Assembly (NCBI GenBank): GCA_964586015.1
Contig: CAZPHK010000001.1
Coordinates: 25,081-89,080 of the forward strand
DNA: 64,000 nt
Direction: 5' to 3'
Origin: an uncultured Acidobacteriota bacterium
GTDB lineage: Bacteria > Acidobacteriota > UBA6911
Of this stretch, positions 21,465 through 31,173 are shown in pieces. Under the pieces are notes generated by a model. The model ran no database searches and was not told the origin of the DNA. It saw only the letters and a program-made list of their open reading frames with translations. Both the position numbers and the translations under genes were made by a program. Position 1 is the stretch's first letter; each line of letters begins with the position of its first letter.

Positions 21465-22763
21465 TCAACGGCCGCGCACCATTACAGCGGCAAAGAAACC
21501 GTCCCACAGATGCTTTCCGGGGAAGGTGCGAACCATTCCATCATTACCGGTCCAGGACGGAATTCCCCTTGGGGAAGCAGGCTTTTCTATTCGAAAGTCC
21601 GGATTTCCGGCCAGAAACTTTTCAACCACCTGTTCGTTTTCCTCAGGCTCGGTCGAACACGTCGAATAAAGCAACTTGCCTCCGGAGCGGACATTCTCAG
21701 ATACGGAACGAAGGATGTTCAATTGTTTTTTTTGAAGCGACGAAAAATCAGATTTGCGAAACCGCCATTTGATTTCGGGATTCCTTCTCAATGTGCCGAG
21801 GCCGGAACAGGGTGCGTCAACAACGACGGCGTCAAAAGCTCTGCGAAACGGCGCGGACAGACCGGCATCCGCTACTATGACGGACCATTTCACCCGGCTG
21901 TTATCTTTCAGGGTATCCACGATTCTGCGGACTCTCTTCATGCTCCTGTCGCTTGCCACCATTATGCCCGTTTTCCCGATCCCATCGCACAGTATTGCGG
22001 TCTTCCCTCCCGGAGCCGCACAGGCATCCCACACGGTCCATCCGCGTATATCTCCCAACAGATGCGGAATCAGCTGGGACGCTTCATCCTGATAGGCAAT
22101 TTTAAATGGGCAGCTCCGTTTATTTTCATGGTGTCTGCAGTCCTGCAAATAAGCCCCCGGGACAAGATCCGAAGGACGGATTTTAAAGGGATACTGTCCG
22201 GCATCCTGTTCGGTTCCGAGTCGCAGAACGGGGCGGGGCGGAATGTTCAGGGAAACCGCATATTCTTCAGCCGTATTCTCTCCATAACGCCTCACCCAAC
22301 GGTTCCAGAGCCATCGCGGGAGCGATGCCCGGATCCATTTCGGCGCGTCCTCAAGATGCCCCGGATCTGTCCAGGGCCGGTTGCGTGCCAGGTTTCTCAG
22401 AATACCGTTGCAGTAGCGTCCGATTCCGGGCTTCAAATTTTTCTTTGCCAGCTCCACGGCGTCGTTTACCAGAGCGTGGTCCGGGATCCTGTCCATATGC
22501 CACATCTGGTAAAGGCTCATTCGAAGCAGAATCCTGGCACCCGTTTCGACATGCCTCCAGGGCCTGGAGCTTATCCCGGAAAGCAGATAATCCAGGCGCA
22601 ACCGCCATCGAAGTGTGCCGTAGACGATCTCCGTGATCAAATGACGGTCACGGGCATCGACAGTACCCATTATCTTTGAGTTCAGTGCGTCATCACTGAA
22701 AACACGATCCTGTTCAATTTGCCGCAGAAGGCTGTAACCAATCTGTCTCGCCGGTGAAATCAC
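21465..22763 (-). CDS. rsmB: 16S rRNA (cytosine967-C5)-methyltransferase RsmB/Sun (NusB-like N-domain plus SAM methyltransferase)
   Basis: 432 aa. DACAAPGGKT SAM-binding motif, DAPCSGLGT catalytic motif, and a C-terminal catalytic Cys (YSTCS). Confidence 0.85.
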   Translation of the reverse strand: MISPARQIGYSLLRQIEQDRVFSDDALNSKIMGTVDARDRHLITEIVYGTLRWRLRLDYLLSGISSRPWRHVETGARILLRMSLYQMWHMDRIPDHALVNDAVELAKKNLKPGIGRYCNGILRNLARNRPWTDPGHLEDAPKWIRASLPRWLWNRWVRRYGENTAEEYAVSLNIPPRPVLRLGTEQDAGQYPFKIRPSDLVPGAYLQDCRHHENKRSCPFKIAYQDEASQLIPHLLGDIRGWTVWDACAAPGGKTAILCDGIGKTGIMVASDRSMKRVRRIVDTLKDNSRVKWSVIVADAGLSAPFRRAFDAVVVDAPCSGLGTLRRNPEIKWRFRKSDFSSLQKKQLNILRSVSENVRSGGKLLYSTCSTEPEENEQVVEKFLAGNPDFRIEKPASPRGIPSWTGNDGMVRTFPGKHLWDGFFAAVMVRGR

Positions 22764-22871
22764 AGTGCCTTATGTCCGCTTATTCTGATGAAAACCATGG
22801 CGTCTCCGGAATGGATTTCCCGTTTGAAAACGCCATGAAAAAGATACATGCCTGCTCGCAAAATACGCGGG

Positions 22872-23816
22872 TCAATGGTGAAAAAGCAACTCCCCTGAAC
22901 GCAGATGCTCTCCATTGGCAAATTCACGGCCGTTAACGCGTTTTCTGGAGGATTTTTGCAGCTCCGTTATCTCCAGAACGCTTCCTTCACCGCACAGAAC
23001 CCGAAGGCCGTTTTTGGAAATTCCAAGAAAGGTCCCGGGAACTTCACTGGAATAATCGTTCTTTGTTTCGGGTGCGCTGCTCCATATCCGCACCCGCTCA
23101 TCGCGGAAAATCGTATAGGCACCCGGCCAGGGACTCAAAGCCCGTATATGATTGTGGATTCTCCGGGAATTTTCGCCCCAGATAATCCGTGCATTGTTTT
23201 TGGAAATAGCGGGCGCCCAGGTTGCCAGGCGGGCATCCTGCGGCACCGGCTGCAAAGAACCGGCTGTATATTTTCCCATTGTTTCCGTCAACAGTTCCGC
23301 GCCGATTGACGCAAGCTCGTTTTCCAGCTCCCCCCTTGTTACCGTAGCGGATATCGGGACTTCCTTCTGGGTCAGAATCGGACCGGCGTCAAGCGCTTCC
23401 TCCATGATCATGATTGTTACTCCCGTTACGGAGTCTCCGTTCAGGATTGAATGAGCGACGGGAGCGGCGCCCCGATATCTGGGAAGGAGTGAAAAATGAA
23501 TATTCAAGGGCGCCAGGCGCGCAGATTTCAGAAACCAGGAGGGGAGAATCTGACCGTATGCAGCAACAACGAGATAATCGGGACGCAGATCTTCCATCAT
23601 CATCCTGTTTTCTTCCAATACGATTTTCTCAGGCTGATGAACCGGTATCCCCTTCCTTTCGGCAAAAACCTTGACGGGACTGGGCATCCGTTTATGGCCG
23701 CGTCCGGAAGGGCGGTCCGGTTGCGTGAAAACGGCGGCTACATCATAGGAATAGTTGAGTAGATATTGCAGTGGCGGAACGGCTATTTCCGGGGTGCCCA
23801 GGAAAACAACACGCAT
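22872..23816 (-). CDS. fmt: methionyl-tRNA formyltransferase
   Basis: 314 aa. MRVVFLGTPE..., QPDRPSGRG, NIHFSLLPRYRGAAP motifs. Confidence 0.9.
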   Translation of the reverse strand: MRVVFLGTPEIAVPPLQYLLNYSYDVAAVFTQPDRPSGRGHKRMPSPVKVFAERKGIPVHQPEKIVLEENRMMMEDLRPDYLVVAAYGQILPSWFLKSARLAPLNIHFSLLPRYRGAAPVAHSILNGDSVTGVTIMIMEEALDAGPILTQKEVPISATVTRGELENELASIGAELLTETMGKYTAGSLQPVPQDARLATWAPAISKNNARIIWGENSRRIHNHIRALSPWPGAYTIFRDERVRIWSSAPETKNDYSSEVPGTFLGISKNGLRVLCGEGSVLEITELQKSSRKRVNGREFANGEHLRSGELLFHH

Positions 23817-23819
23817 GGC

Positions 23820-24329
23820 TTACCATTCCCCGGCTTTGGCCAGTTTTTTTATTTTATTCCGTATCAGGCTGCGTTTCAAAACGCTTATGTGATCGATAAA
23901 AAGAACGCCGTTCAGATGGTCTATTTCATGGCAGAAGCACCGCGCAAGAATCCCCTCGGCGTCGATGGTCACTTCATCTCCTTTAAGATTCTGCCCTTTA
24001 ACAACCAGTTTCATAGGACGTTCCACGTTTTCACTGAAGTCCGGGATACTAAGGCAACCCTCCTCTCCCGCCTGTTTGCCCTCCGATGAGATGATTTCGG
24101 GATTGCAGATAACAATCCTCTTTTCTTTATCCTCACCTATGGAGGTATCAATGGTGACCAGCCGGATGTTGATTCCAATCTGGGGGGCGGCCAATCCGAC
24201 ACCGGAAGCCCCGTACATCGTCTCCACCATATTCTTCACGATCTCTTCAAGCTCACCGTTGAAGTTTGTGACGGGCTCGCTGACTTTCCTCAGCTCCGGC
24301 GCTCCGAGTTTCAGAATTGGAATAATCAT
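23820..24329 (-). CDS. def: peptide deformylase
   Basis: 169 aa. GVGLAAPQIG, EGCLSIP, HEIDHLNG motifs. The def-fmt-rsmB order is the classic operon. Confidence 0.9.
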   Translation of the reverse strand: MIIPILKLGAPELRKVSEPVTNFNGELEEIVKNMVETMYGASGVGLAAPQIGINIRLVTIDTSIGEDKEKRIVICNPEIISSEGKQAGEEGCLSIPDFSENVERPMKLVVKGQNLKGDEVTIDAEGILARCFCHEIDHLNGVLFIDHISVLKRSLIRNKIKKLAKAGEW

Positions 24330-24380
24330 AACTAATTAATTTTAATGACGATAATTGTGATTGTAAAGAGTCAAAAAGAT

Positions 24381-25553
24381 TCAGTATTCTTCCAGAAGAC
24401 GCATATAGTTTTTGTAATTGCCTTCTATTTCACGGATGGAATCTCCTCCGAATTTTTCCATAAATGCGTCCGCCAGAACGTACGAAAGCATAGATTCCGC
24501 AACAACGCCCGCCGCCGGCACTACGCATGTATCGCTTCTCTCAAAAGCGGCGTCGGATGCCTGTTTGCTGTCGATATTTACGGATTTGAGAGGTTTACGC
24601 AGAGTTGGAATCGGCTTCATATAGACCTTCACGCGAATGTCCTCACCGTTGCTGATGCCCCCTTCAATGCCGCCCGCTCTGTTCGATTTGTGATAAAAAC
24701 GTCGTCTGCCGGCATCGTAGAAAATCTCGTCATGAACAGAGGATCCCGATTGCTTTGCTCCTGCGGAAGCCGCTCCTATCTCCACCCCTTTTGCCGCCGG
24801 AATGCTCATCATGGCCTGTGCAATGCGACCGTCAAGCCTGCGATCCCATTGAATATGGGAACCAAGTCCCACAGGGACTCCTACGGCAACCGCCTCCAGC
24901 TCTCCTCCGAGAGTATCGCCCGATTCTTTAGACGCACTGATTGCCGTCATCATTCTCCCTGCGGCAGCGGAATCGGCGCACCGTACGGGAGATTCAGGAT
25001 CAATATCCAATATGACGGCCCCCTTCAAATCTTCAAATTTACCCGCCACACGTTCGTTTCCTATGGCTATCACGTGGCTCCCTATGCGAATGCCGAAATG
25101 CATAAGCAGGATGCGGCAGAAAGCTCCAGCGGCGACTCTCGAAGCAGTTTCACGGGCGCTGGCACGCTCCAGAATGTTCCGGACATCGCCCGTCAGGTAT
25201 TTTAACGCGCCGGCCAGATCGGCATGCCCGGGACGCGGCTGTGTAACGGATAAAATATCCGTTCCGTCGGGAACCGGATCCGGGCTCATTGGAAGCTGCC
25301 ATTTCACCCAGTCTCTGTTCTGGATCAAGAAAGAAATGGGACTCCCGAGAGTTTTCCCATGTCGGATTCCCGACAGTATGTCGATCCGGTCCTGTTCGAT
25401 TTTCATTCGTTCACCCCGCCCGAAACCAAGCTGCCGCCTGTATAGCTGGAAATTTATATAGTTTTTATCAATTTCCAATCCGCACGGCATTCCTTCCAGA
25501 ATTCCCGCAAGCGTTTTCCCATGTGATTCACCCGCCGTCATAAAGCGGAGCAT
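24381..25553 (-). CDS. aroC: chorismate synthase
   Basis: Real start probably at MLRFMTAGESHG, not the upstream Met of the 425-aa track ORF. GESHG, the R.S.RETA region and a Gly-rich FMN site are present. Confidence 0.9.
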   Translation of the reverse strand: MLRFMTAGESHGKTLAGILEGMPCGLEIDKNYINFQLYRRQLGFGRGERMKIEQDRIDILSGIRHGKTLGSPISFLIQNRDWVKWQLPMSPDPVPDGTDILSVTQPRPGHADLAGALKYLTGDVRNILERASARETASRVAAGAFCRILLMHFGIRIGSHVIAIGNERVAGKFEDLKGAVILDIDPESPVRCADSAAAGRMMTAISASKESGDTLGGELEAVAVGVPVGLGSHIQWDRRLDGRIAQAMMSIPAAKGVEIGAASAGAKQSGSSVHDEIFYDAGRRRFYHKSNRAGGIEGGISNGEDIRVKVYMKPIPTLRKPLKSVNIDSKQASDAAFERSDTCVVPAAGVVAESMLSYVLADAFMEKFGGDSIREIEGNYKNYMRLLEEY

Positions 25554-25859
25554 AGAGTTCCCTTTCCATTCAAAGACCGCATGGCTCCATGCGGATACAT
25601 CTGAGCTGATCTGCTGATGACAATAAAATAATGAAACATATATTGCTTCCCTTTGCAAATAACATGTTAGTCCCCATACCGTCGAAGGTCCAAAGTCGAG
25701 AAGGTTTAATCTTCAATTTTCAATCTTTAATCGATCCTCAGATTTATGATATTGGCCCAACCTATTAACCGATCTTTGTCCGAAGCGTTAAAATTGTCCT
25801 ATTTGCCCTTGACTTACAGAAGATCTGCCCAATAAACTTGCCATGGTAAGTCAACTGAT

Positions 25860-26666
25860 ATGGACAATATCCTAAAAAGCTTAGTAGAAGCCCCTTTTCG
25901 CTTTTTAGCCAAGGCAATCTGGGAAATTCAATCTTTTACCCTGCTGTCTCTCCGTGCCGTTGCTAATCTTTTTACACGGCCGATTTATTGGAGAGAAATC
26001 ATCCTGCAGATGGATCGCGTGGGAATCGGATCCCTGACTATTGTCATTTTGACCGGTTTCTTTACCGGTGCGGTTCTTGCAATACAGTCCGAAGGAGTTC
26101 TCAGAACCTACGGCGCCGTCAGCATGACGGGCCAGCTCGTTTCATTGACTCTGATCCGGGAGTTGGGTCCGGTACTGTCGGCTTTGATGCTGGCCGGGAG
26201 GATGGGATCCGGGATAGCCTCCGAGCTCGGATCCATGGTCGTTTCGGAACAGATCAGCGCCATGCGGGCTTTGGGAACGGACCCTACCAGGCGATTGGTG
26301 ACTCCCCGTATGATTGCCATGGTACTGATGCTGCCTTTACTAACGATTGTCTGTGATGCCGTGGGCATGTTCGGAGGCTGGATTATTGCAGCCTATAAAC
26401 TTCTCATCAGCTCCAATCAATACTGGACGGATGCAATGAACGCGATGCAGATTTCCGACCTTGTCGGAACTCTGGTTAAGCCCGTGGTGTTCGGCTTCAC
26501 CATTTCCATGATAGGATGCTACGTGGGGTTGCGGACTCAGGGAGGAACGGAAGGAGTCGGCAAAGCTACAACCCTGGCTGTTGTCAGCAGTTCCATCCTC
26601 GTCATCGCCGCCGACTTCTTCTTAAACAATCTGCTGATTTATCTGGCGCCCTTAATAAATTCATGA
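25860..26666 (+). CDS. mlaE: phospholipid ABC transporter permease MlaE
   Basis: 268 aa, polytopic. MlaE-family layout with the conserved LVSLTLIRELGPVLSALMLAGR segment. Its stop overlaps the mlaF start (ATGA). Confidence 0.8.
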   Translation: MDNILKSLVEAPFRFLAKAIWEIQSFTLLSLRAVANLFTRPIYWREIILQMDRVGIGSLTIVILTGFFTGAVLAIQSEGVLRTYGAVSMTGQLVSLTLIRELGPVLSALMLAGRMGSGIASELGSMVVSEQISAMRALGTDPTRRLVTPRMIAMVLMLPLLTIVCDAVGMFGGWIIAAYKLLISSNQYWTDAMNAMQISDLVGTLVKPVVFGFTISMIGCYVGLRTQGGTEGVGKATTLAVVSSSILVIAADFFLNNLLIYLAPLINS

Positions 26667-27454
26667 TCGAATTTCTGGATGTCACAAAATCATTCGAAGA
26701 CGAAGTGGTTCTCAGGAATATCAGTTTCAAGGTCCAGCGCGGAGAGACTCTGGTTATATTGGGAGAAAGCGGTTCCGGAAAATCAACGATCCTGAAGCTG
26801 ATCCTCGGTTTGATTAAGCCGGATTCAGGGAAGATTATTATCGAAGGCCGCGATATAACCGGCATGTCGGAAAGAGAACTCGTATCGGTACGCAGAAATA
26901 TCGGAATGGTATTTCAGGAAGGAGCGCTCTTCGATTCACTGCCCGTCAGGGACAACGTCGGATACAGGCTTTACGAAGAAGGAAAGCTGGAGGAAGCGGA
27001 AGTCGATTCGGAAGTGCAGAAGCACCTGGGATTTGTAGGGCTGGAAGAATCCATCGATAAAATGCCGGTGGAATTGTCGGGAGGAATGAAGCGTAGAGTC
27101 GGAATCGCCAGGGCCCTTGTCGGCAATCCCGAGATCATTTTGTATGATGAAGCTACGGCCGGTCTTGATCCGATTACCAAACGGACTATAGTGGAATTGA
27201 TGATAAAGCTGCGCGACATGCAGGGCGTTACAAGTATCTTTGTTACCCATGATCTGCATGCCGCTTCCATTATCGCAACCGAATATGCATCCTCCTCAGA
27301 AAAAGGAACCATAGATTATAAATCCGGCTCCGGATCCGAGATCCCCCCTGCGATTAATTTTATAATGCTTATGGACGGTAGTATCTGTTTTCATGGCGGA
27401 TATCGGGAAATGAAAGATTCCGAAGTGCCTTATGTAAAATTATTCGTGAATTAA
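26663..27454 (+). CDS. mlaF: phospholipid ABC transporter ATP-binding protein MlaF
   Basis: ATG at 26663, 263 aa, matching the internal Met of the overlapping track ORF. MIEFLDVTKSF..., Walker A GESGSGKST, signature LSGGMKRRVGIARAL, Walker B ILYDEATAGLD. Confidence 0.8.
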   Translation: MIEFLDVTKSFEDEVVLRNISFKVQRGETLVILGESGSGKSTILKLILGLIKPDSGKIIIEGRDITGMSERELVSVRRNIGMVFQEGALFDSLPVRDNVGYRLYEEGKLEEAEVDSEVQKHLGFVGLEESIDKMPVELSGGMKRRVGIARALVGNPEIILYDEATAGLDPITKRTIVELMIKLRDMQGVTSIFVTHDLHAASIIATEYASSSEKGTIDYKSGSGSEIPPAINFIMLMDGSICFHGGYREMKDSEVPYVKLFVN

Positions 27455-27537
27455 ATTATGCTGCCCGGACCCAATAAGGTCCTGCCGGCTCTCAGGCGTA
27501 TATTATGATTTCTGGAGACCGCTAGAAAAGGAACTCT

Positions 27538-28761
27538 ATGCCGAAGACAAAACAGGTAAAACTGGCCCAGATGAAGCTTGGAATTTTCGTCATAATTGCA
27601 TTTATTCTGCTTTCGATTCTGATTCTGCATCAGAGCTGGGGGATCAACTGGTTTTCCGATTCGGCTAAAATTATCACCTACCTGACGGATGTCGGCGGCC
27701 TGAAGCCGGGATCGCCTGTTTGGTTGGCAGGTATGGAGATCGGGAAAGTACGGAAAATAAACCTCATTTCCCCTGAATCCTATCCCGAAAACGCCCCAAT
27801 CATATCCCGGATCGAGGAAATAAAAATAAAGATCCGGAATTTAGACCCTCAAAGGCGCTCCGATTTAAGGATTCTGAAAAACCTGCAGGATGAGATCCGT
27901 AGACTGCAATCGGATCTGAGGCTTGTAGAAGTCCAAATGGATATCCGCATGCAGTACTTGAACCGAATCGGCCCTGATTCTGATGTCAGCATCGCTTCCC
28001 GTGGACTGATAGGAGATTCCTTTATCGATATATCTCCCGGGATCTTTAATGAACTTCCTCCTCGAAAAGGAGAATTTTATTTAATTAAGAGCGTCCAGCA
28101 GCCGGGATTCCGTGAAATTATGACCGGCGCCAACGATGTTATTGCAAACTTCGGCGTGCTTTCCGAAAGGGTCAAGGACATCGCAGCGAAAATTATTCCG
28201 GAAGACATCGGGTCCGACATATCCGACACCGTCAAAGCACTGAATGATACGATCGCCGCTGCGGAAAAAGCTTTCTCGGAGGCGACTGTCCTGATAAGCG
28301 AACTTCATTCCGGTCAGGGCACCTTCGGCAAGTTGGTCAGCGATCCCGAGGCGTACACCCGCCTGACCGCAGCACTGGAAAAATTCAACACGATCGCAGA
28401 AAACATCCAGGACGGCCCCGGCACCATATCGAAGCTCATCAACGATCCGGCGCTTTATGACTCGGCACATTCGGCGGTGGACAGGACCGATACCATCGTT
28501 GGCAGGATGGAGAAAGGCGAAGGAACCCTTGGCAAGCTTTCGACGGACGAGGCCTTATACGATAGAACCAAACTGGCCCTTGAAAAATTCGCCTCCTTAG
28601 TCGAACAGATAGAACAGGGCCAGGGCACTCTGGGGAAACTTTTAAAAGATCCCGGCCTTTACAATAACCTTGAGCAATCTTCCTCGGAAATCAGCAAGCT
28701 TCTCTATGACCTTCGGCAGGATCCCAAAAAATACATGACCATCCGTGTACGCTTGTTTTGA
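27538..28761 (+). CDS. mlaD: MCE-family substrate-binding protein MlaD with four C-terminal tandem ~34-aa repeats
   Basis: 407 aa. N-terminal membrane anchor LGIFVIIAFILLSILIL, then the MCE domain (GLKPGSPVWLAGMEIGKV). The C-terminus carries four repeats: GQGTFGKLVSDPEAYTRL, GPGTISKLINDPALYDS, GEGTLGKLSTDEALYDR, GQGTLGKLLKDPGLYNNL. Confidence 0.7.
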   Translation: MPKTKQVKLAQMKLGIFVIIAFILLSILILHQSWGINWFSDSAKIITYLTDVGGLKPGSPVWLAGMEIGKVRKINLISPESYPENAPIISRIEEIKIKIRNLDPQRRSDLRILKNLQDEIRRLQSDLRLVEVQMDIRMQYLNRIGPDSDVSIASRGLIGDSFIDISPGIFNELPPRKGEFYLIKSVQQPGFREIMTGANDVIANFGVLSERVKDIAAKIIPEDIGSDISDTVKALNDTIAAAEKAFSEATVLISELHSGQGTFGKLVSDPEAYTRLTAALEKFNTIAENIQDGPGTISKLINDPALYDSAHSAVDRTDTIVGRMEKGEGTLGKLSTDEALYDRTKLALEKFASLVEQIEQGQGTLGKLLKDPGLYNNLEQSSSEISKLLYDLRQDPKKYMTIRVRLF

Positions 28762-28798
28762 TCTTGACAAGGTTTTTGAATCTGTCTAGCCTTACGCC

Positions 28799-29401
28799 AT
28801 GCTTAGCGACGCTATCGGACAAGGGGGAAAATTCATTCTGGACAAAATAGTCCGGCCCCTGACTCTTTTGAAAATCAATCCCAATTTTCTTACCTTTATA
28901 GGAGTCCTCATAAGCCTGTGGGCTGCTTTTGAGTTCGGCTACGGGAGTTTGCGTAAAGGCGGGCTGATTATCATCCTTGCGGGCCTTTTCGATATGCTCG
29001 ATGGAGAGGTTGCGAGAGTCAGCCGGACCGAAACACGGTTCGGCGCTTTTTATGATTCCGTGATCGATCGCTACTCGGATATTATTATTCTGCAGGGGCT
29101 TTTGGTTTATTACGCACGGCATCAAATGCTGGAATACGTGGTCCTCGTTGGCGTCGTTATAATGGGTGCGGTGTTGACCAGTTATACCAGGGCCAGGGCG
29201 GAATCCCTGATTCCCAGCTGTAAAGTCGGTTTTATGGAGCGTCCCGAAAGGATTGTGCTCCTTATTATCGGCGGCCTGGCGAATCGTATGGAAGCGGTGC
29301 TTTGGATTCTGGCAATCCTGGGAAACTGGACCGTAATCAGCCGGATATACTATACCTGGAAAGAGCTTCCGAAACCGAAACCATCCGCTCATTCCCGGTA
29401 A
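28799..29401 (+). CDS. CDP-alcohol phosphatidyltransferase family protein (PgsA-like)
   Basis: 200 aa membrane protein with the family motif DGEVAR...G...D...D (LDGEVARVSRTETRFGAFYDSVIDRYSD). Confidence 0.7.
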   Translation: MLSDAIGQGGKFILDKIVRPLTLLKINPNFLTFIGVLISLWAAFEFGYGSLRKGGLIIILAGLFDMLDGEVARVSRTETRFGAFYDSVIDRYSDIIILQGLLVYYARHQMLEYVVLVGVVIMGAVLTSYTRARAESLIPSCKVGFMERPERIVLLIIGGLANRMEAVLWILAILGNWTVISRIYYTWKELPKPKPSAHSR

Positions 29402-29471
29402 TCATTTCTCAACCCGTTTATAAAGACTGTACCCAGGCTGAAGCTCGCGTGCGCGCGAGGAAGATCGCGGT

Positions 29472-30203
29472 CTAGTTAATGCTCAAAACATCCACGTCCC
29501 GGGGCAGTTTCTGTTCAAATTTTGAATCGTCAATCTTTTCGTTCAACTTTTCGTTGGAGAAGGTTATCAGAATGTAGTCTTCGAAAGGTTCTTCCAGCTT
29601 CATTTGTTTTGTAACACCGGTTGCATCATCGATCCAGATGGTAATGGAAGAAAAAACGGAGGCGACCGAGGAGTCTTTCGGTTTCAATTCAAGAACGGAG
29701 CACGCAGTGCCGTTTAAGGTCTCGTTTCCCCTGTAGGAAATGTTGAAGGTTTTCTTCAGATCCGCCGGCGTTTGTCCGATTCCAAGAGCCACATATTCCG
29801 CCTTATCCTTGTGTTTTCCCAATTTGTAGCTGCTTGCGGATTTGATTTGCGGCTGGTAAACCAGTGCTTCATCGCCTTCAATTGTCGTAATTTTTTCCGC
29901 GGGATCCGTCATCTCCTCCCGAATGAGAGCCGACCCGTCACCGGCACGTTTATAATAGAATTTCCCCTTCTCGGGAGGATCGAACTCCTCCAGGATTGCC
30001 GTGTACGTCTTTTTGGTAATGTCCGCCGTAAAGCTCTTGAAACTTCTGCTGGACTCTTCCATACGCTTTAAAACCGAATCCAGTTTGTCTGCCTGCTTGT
30101 CCTGGGCGCCCGGGGCGGTCAATGCCGGGAACATCAACAATACAAAAATTGCCGCGGTCCCGGAAGCCTTAAACCGCACGGGAATAAGGTTATTTATTTT
30201 CAT
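29472..30203 (-). CDS. periplasmic LolA-like lipoprotein-carrier fold protein (tentative)
   Basis: Likely start at MKINNLIPV... with signal peptide AIFVLLMFPALTAPGA. The mature protein is beta-rich, about 220 aa, with no catalytic motifs. It is last in a minus-strand cluster with LolC/E-like and LolD-like genes. Assigned on context and composition only. Confidence 0.35.
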   Translation of the reverse strand: MKINNLIPVRFKASGTAAIFVLLMFPALTAPGAQDKQADKLDSVLKRMEESSRSFKSFTADITKKTYTAILEEFDPPEKGKFYYKRAGDGSALIREEMTDPAEKITTIEGDEALVYQPQIKSASSYKLGKHKDKAEYVALGIGQTPADLKKTFNISYRGNETLNGTACSVLELKPKDSSVASVFSSITIWIDDATGVTKQMKLEEPFEDYILITFSNEKLNEKIDDSKFEQKLPRDVDVLSIN

Positions 30204-30419
30204 GATCCGAATCCCCTGGATCCGTAACCGTATCGACCGGTTGAGAAACCCGTGCAGGCTCATTCAGGGATGGAGTGGTGGAGTATTGCCTTTTATGGAA
30301 ACAACTGGGGGGAACAAAAAAAATAAAGGCAAGGATCAGTATACAGATGATGTCGTATGAAAGCGTGCCCCGTTCATACGTCCAGATGAAAATTTTTTGT
30401 GTGGTGGACCTGGATCTAA

Positions 30420-31157
30420 TCATGAGTACTGTATTGAAGTTCTCAATTCCGATTCATACTCGAATTTGGAGGCGGGGGTATGAATCTGACCGTCCTTCAT
30501 TTCTATCACACGACTGGCAGTCGAGGCCGCCTCGGAGTCGTGTGTAATCATAACGATGGTCTGCTTCAGTTTTTCATTCAAAGTCTGGAGTTTTCTAAGA
30601 ACGGTGTGGGCGTTCTTTGAGTCCAGGCTGCCCGTCGGTTCATCCGCGAGTATGATGGACGGCTGATTGATTAAAGCCCGCGCTATGGCAACCCGCTGCT
30701 GTTCCCCTCCGGAAAGTTCGGCGGGCCGGGAATCGATCTTACCCGTCAGCCCCAACATTTCGATAACCTCGCCTATTCCGTTCCTGCCGAGAGAACCGTT
30801 TCCATGAATTTTTTTTGCCAGCTCGATATTTCCTTTCGCCGTCAATGTCGGCAGAAGGTTGAATCGCTGAAAGACATATCCGATTTTTTGCCTTCTAACC
30901 GTAGTGCGCTCCGCATCCGGAAGGGTGGAAATATCAATCCCGTCAATGAGAATCCTTCCGCCGGTCGGCTGCATCAACCCTCCCAGAAGGTGAAGAAGGG
31001 TGGACTTGCCGCACCCTGACGGTCCCATCACGGCTATGAACTCCCCTTTTCCCACGGTGAAGCTGACGTTTCTCAGTGCCGGCACTTCTATCTTTCCAGT
31101 ACTATAAGTCATACTCAGATCGATAGTTTCAATGGCCCTATCTGGAATTTTTTCCAT
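30420..31157 (-). CDS. ABC transporter ATP-binding protein, LolD/MacB-type
   Basis: 245 aa. Walker [11 protein letters not shown]-loop, signature [15 protein letters not shown], Walker [13 protein letters not shown]-loop ITHD. Confidence 0.8.
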   Translation of the reverse strand: MEKIPDRAIETIDLSMTYSTGKIEVPALRNVSFTVGKGEFIAVMGPSGCGKSTLLHLLGGLMQPTGGRILIDGIDISTLPDAERTTVRRQKIGYVFQRFNLLPTLTAKGNIELAKKIHGNGSLGRNGIGEVIEMLGLTGKIDSRPAELSGGEQQRVAIARALINQPSIILADEPTGSLDSKNAHTVLRKLQTLNEKLKQTIVMITHDSEAASTASRVIEMKDGQIHTPASKFEYESELRTSIQYS

Positions 31158-31173
31158 AATCTATAATTGTATC

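Noticed and set aside
25554-25658. N-terminal extension of the aroC track ORF (MQREAIYVSL...)
   Set aside because: Chorismate synthases begin near the M..GESHG motif, and the extension has no conserved counterpart. The internal Met MLRFMTAGESHG is the more likely start.
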